DNA of 64,000 bases from Chiloscyllium plagiosum. Lineage: Eukaryota. The notes beneath the pieces are model-generated. The model ran no database searches. It saw only the letters and a list, made by a program, of their open reading frames with translations, and had not been told where the DNA came from. Positions 62,797 to 64,000 of this stretch are shown here, piece after piece; positions within the stretch are counted from its first letter, which is position 1; the number at the start of each line of letters is the position of its first letter. Position numbers and translations under genes: made by a program. The DNA lies in contig NC_057752.1 of the NCBI RefSeq assembly GCF_004010195.1, positions 11,255,160 through 11,319,159 on the forward strand, in the 5' to 3' direction.

Positions 62797-63895
62797 TCGT
62801 TGTGGTTCTGTTCGCCAAGCTGGGAATTTGTGTTGCAAACGTTTCGTCCCCTGTCAAGGTGACATCCTCAGTGCTTGGGAGCCTCCTGTGAAGCGCTTCT
62901 GTGATGTTTCCTCCAGCATTTATAGTTGTTTGTACCTGCCGCTTCCGGTTGTCAATTCCAGCTGTCCGCCTCAGTGGCCGGTATATTGGGTCCAGGTCGA
63001 TGTGCTTATTGATTGAATCTGTGGATGAGTGCCATGCCTCTAGGAATTCCCTGGCTGTTCTCNNNNNNNNNNNNNNNNNNNNNNNNNNNNNNNNNNNNNN
63101 NNNNNNNNNNNNGTTCTGGTGAGTTGTTGTCTGGGAGTGGCTGTTGGTTTGTGTGCTGTTATGAGTCCTAGTGGTCATAGTAGTCTGGCTGTCAGTTCAG
63201 AAATGTTTTTGATGTATGGTAGTGTGGCTAGTCCTTTGGGTTGCGGCATGTCCTCGTTCTGTTGTCTTTCCCTTCGGCATCTGTTGATGAAATTTGGGGG
63301 GTGTCCGTTTTTGGCGAATACATTGTATAGGTGTTCTTCTTCCTCTTTTTGCAGTTCTGGTGTACTGCAGTGTGTTGTGGCCCTTTTGAACAGTGTCTTG
63401 ATGCAACTTTTGTGTGTGTTGGGGTGGTTACTTTCGTAGTTTAGGACTTGGTCTTTGTGTGTGGCTTTCCTGTATACCTTTGTGACGAAATCTCCGTTCG
63501 GTGTTTTCTCTCTACCATCATGCCTAGGAATGGGAGTTGGTTGTCCTTTTCTTCCTCAGTAGCCACACACTCATGACAAGCAACATGAGTTTGACTGGGA
63601 CAACACTACTATTATAGGACAAGCCAAACAGAGAACAGCCAGGGAATTCCTAGAGGCATGGCACTCATCCACAGATTCAATCAATAAGCACATCGACCTG
63701 GACCCAATATACCGACCACTGCAACGGACAGCTGGAACTGACAACCAGAAGCGGCAGGTACAAATCACTATAAATGCTGGAGGAAACATCACAGAAGCGC
63801 TTCACAGGAGGCTCCCAAGCACTGAGGATGTCACCTAGACAGGGGACGAAACGTCTGCAACACAAATTCCCAGCTCGGCGAACAGAACCACAACA
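62797..63895 (-). mobile_element. Penelope-like element (Poseidon-type) with an inverted copy of its 3' end at 63560-63895 (+); 50-N gap at 63063-63112
   Basis: Minus strand reads SCIKTLFKRATTHCS, LATLPYIKNISE and RTAREFLEAWHS. 62797-63062 and about 63630-63895 are inverted copies. Hammerhead-like CTGAGGA 63822-63828 with GAAAC 63848-63852. Confidence 0.88.
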
Positions 63896-64000
63896 ACACT
63901 TATTTATATGTTCTCCTTCTCCTCCCGCCCCAATAAAAAGACTTCTTTTTACAGCACACATTCTAATGATCTTTAAATGAAGCAATTGTTTAATTGGACA

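Larger units (their letters stand above)
31094..64000 (+). other. Intron 1 of the TFCP2-family gene (partial)
   Basis: GT donor at 31094. No exon encoding the expected continuation (SDVLALPIFKQEE...) was found by eye or in the ORF track. Confidence 0.7.

Overview
Vertebrate genomic DNA, most likely an elasmobranch (shark), judged from HE1-like SINEs and abundant CR1 and Penelope repeats. It has three N gaps. Two host genes lie on the + strand: (1) the last coding exon of a class VI POU homeobox gene (9632-10037) that looks POU6F2-like, followed by about 9 kb nearly free of young LINEs, a possible long 3'UTR; (2) the CpG-rich promoter and first coding exon of a TFCP2/LSF-family gene (ATG 30972, donor after 31093), whose first intron appears to run past the window end. 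The rest is mostly decayed mobile DNA: CR1, L2, RTE and Tx1-like LINEs, SINEs, Penelope-like elements (PLEs), TA-flanked pogo/Tigger-type MITEs and PIF/Harbinger fossils. Most notable: (a) short, mostly fold-back, PLE-derived cassettes, several with hammerhead ribozyme cores, flanked by 8-15 bp direct repeats; (b) a POU6F2-like sequence in the position POU6F1 holds in human, next to TFCP2; (c) a 60-bp minisatellite just upstream of a Harbinger transposase fossil. Family assignments rest on motif recall, not database searches, and repeat boundaries are approximate.
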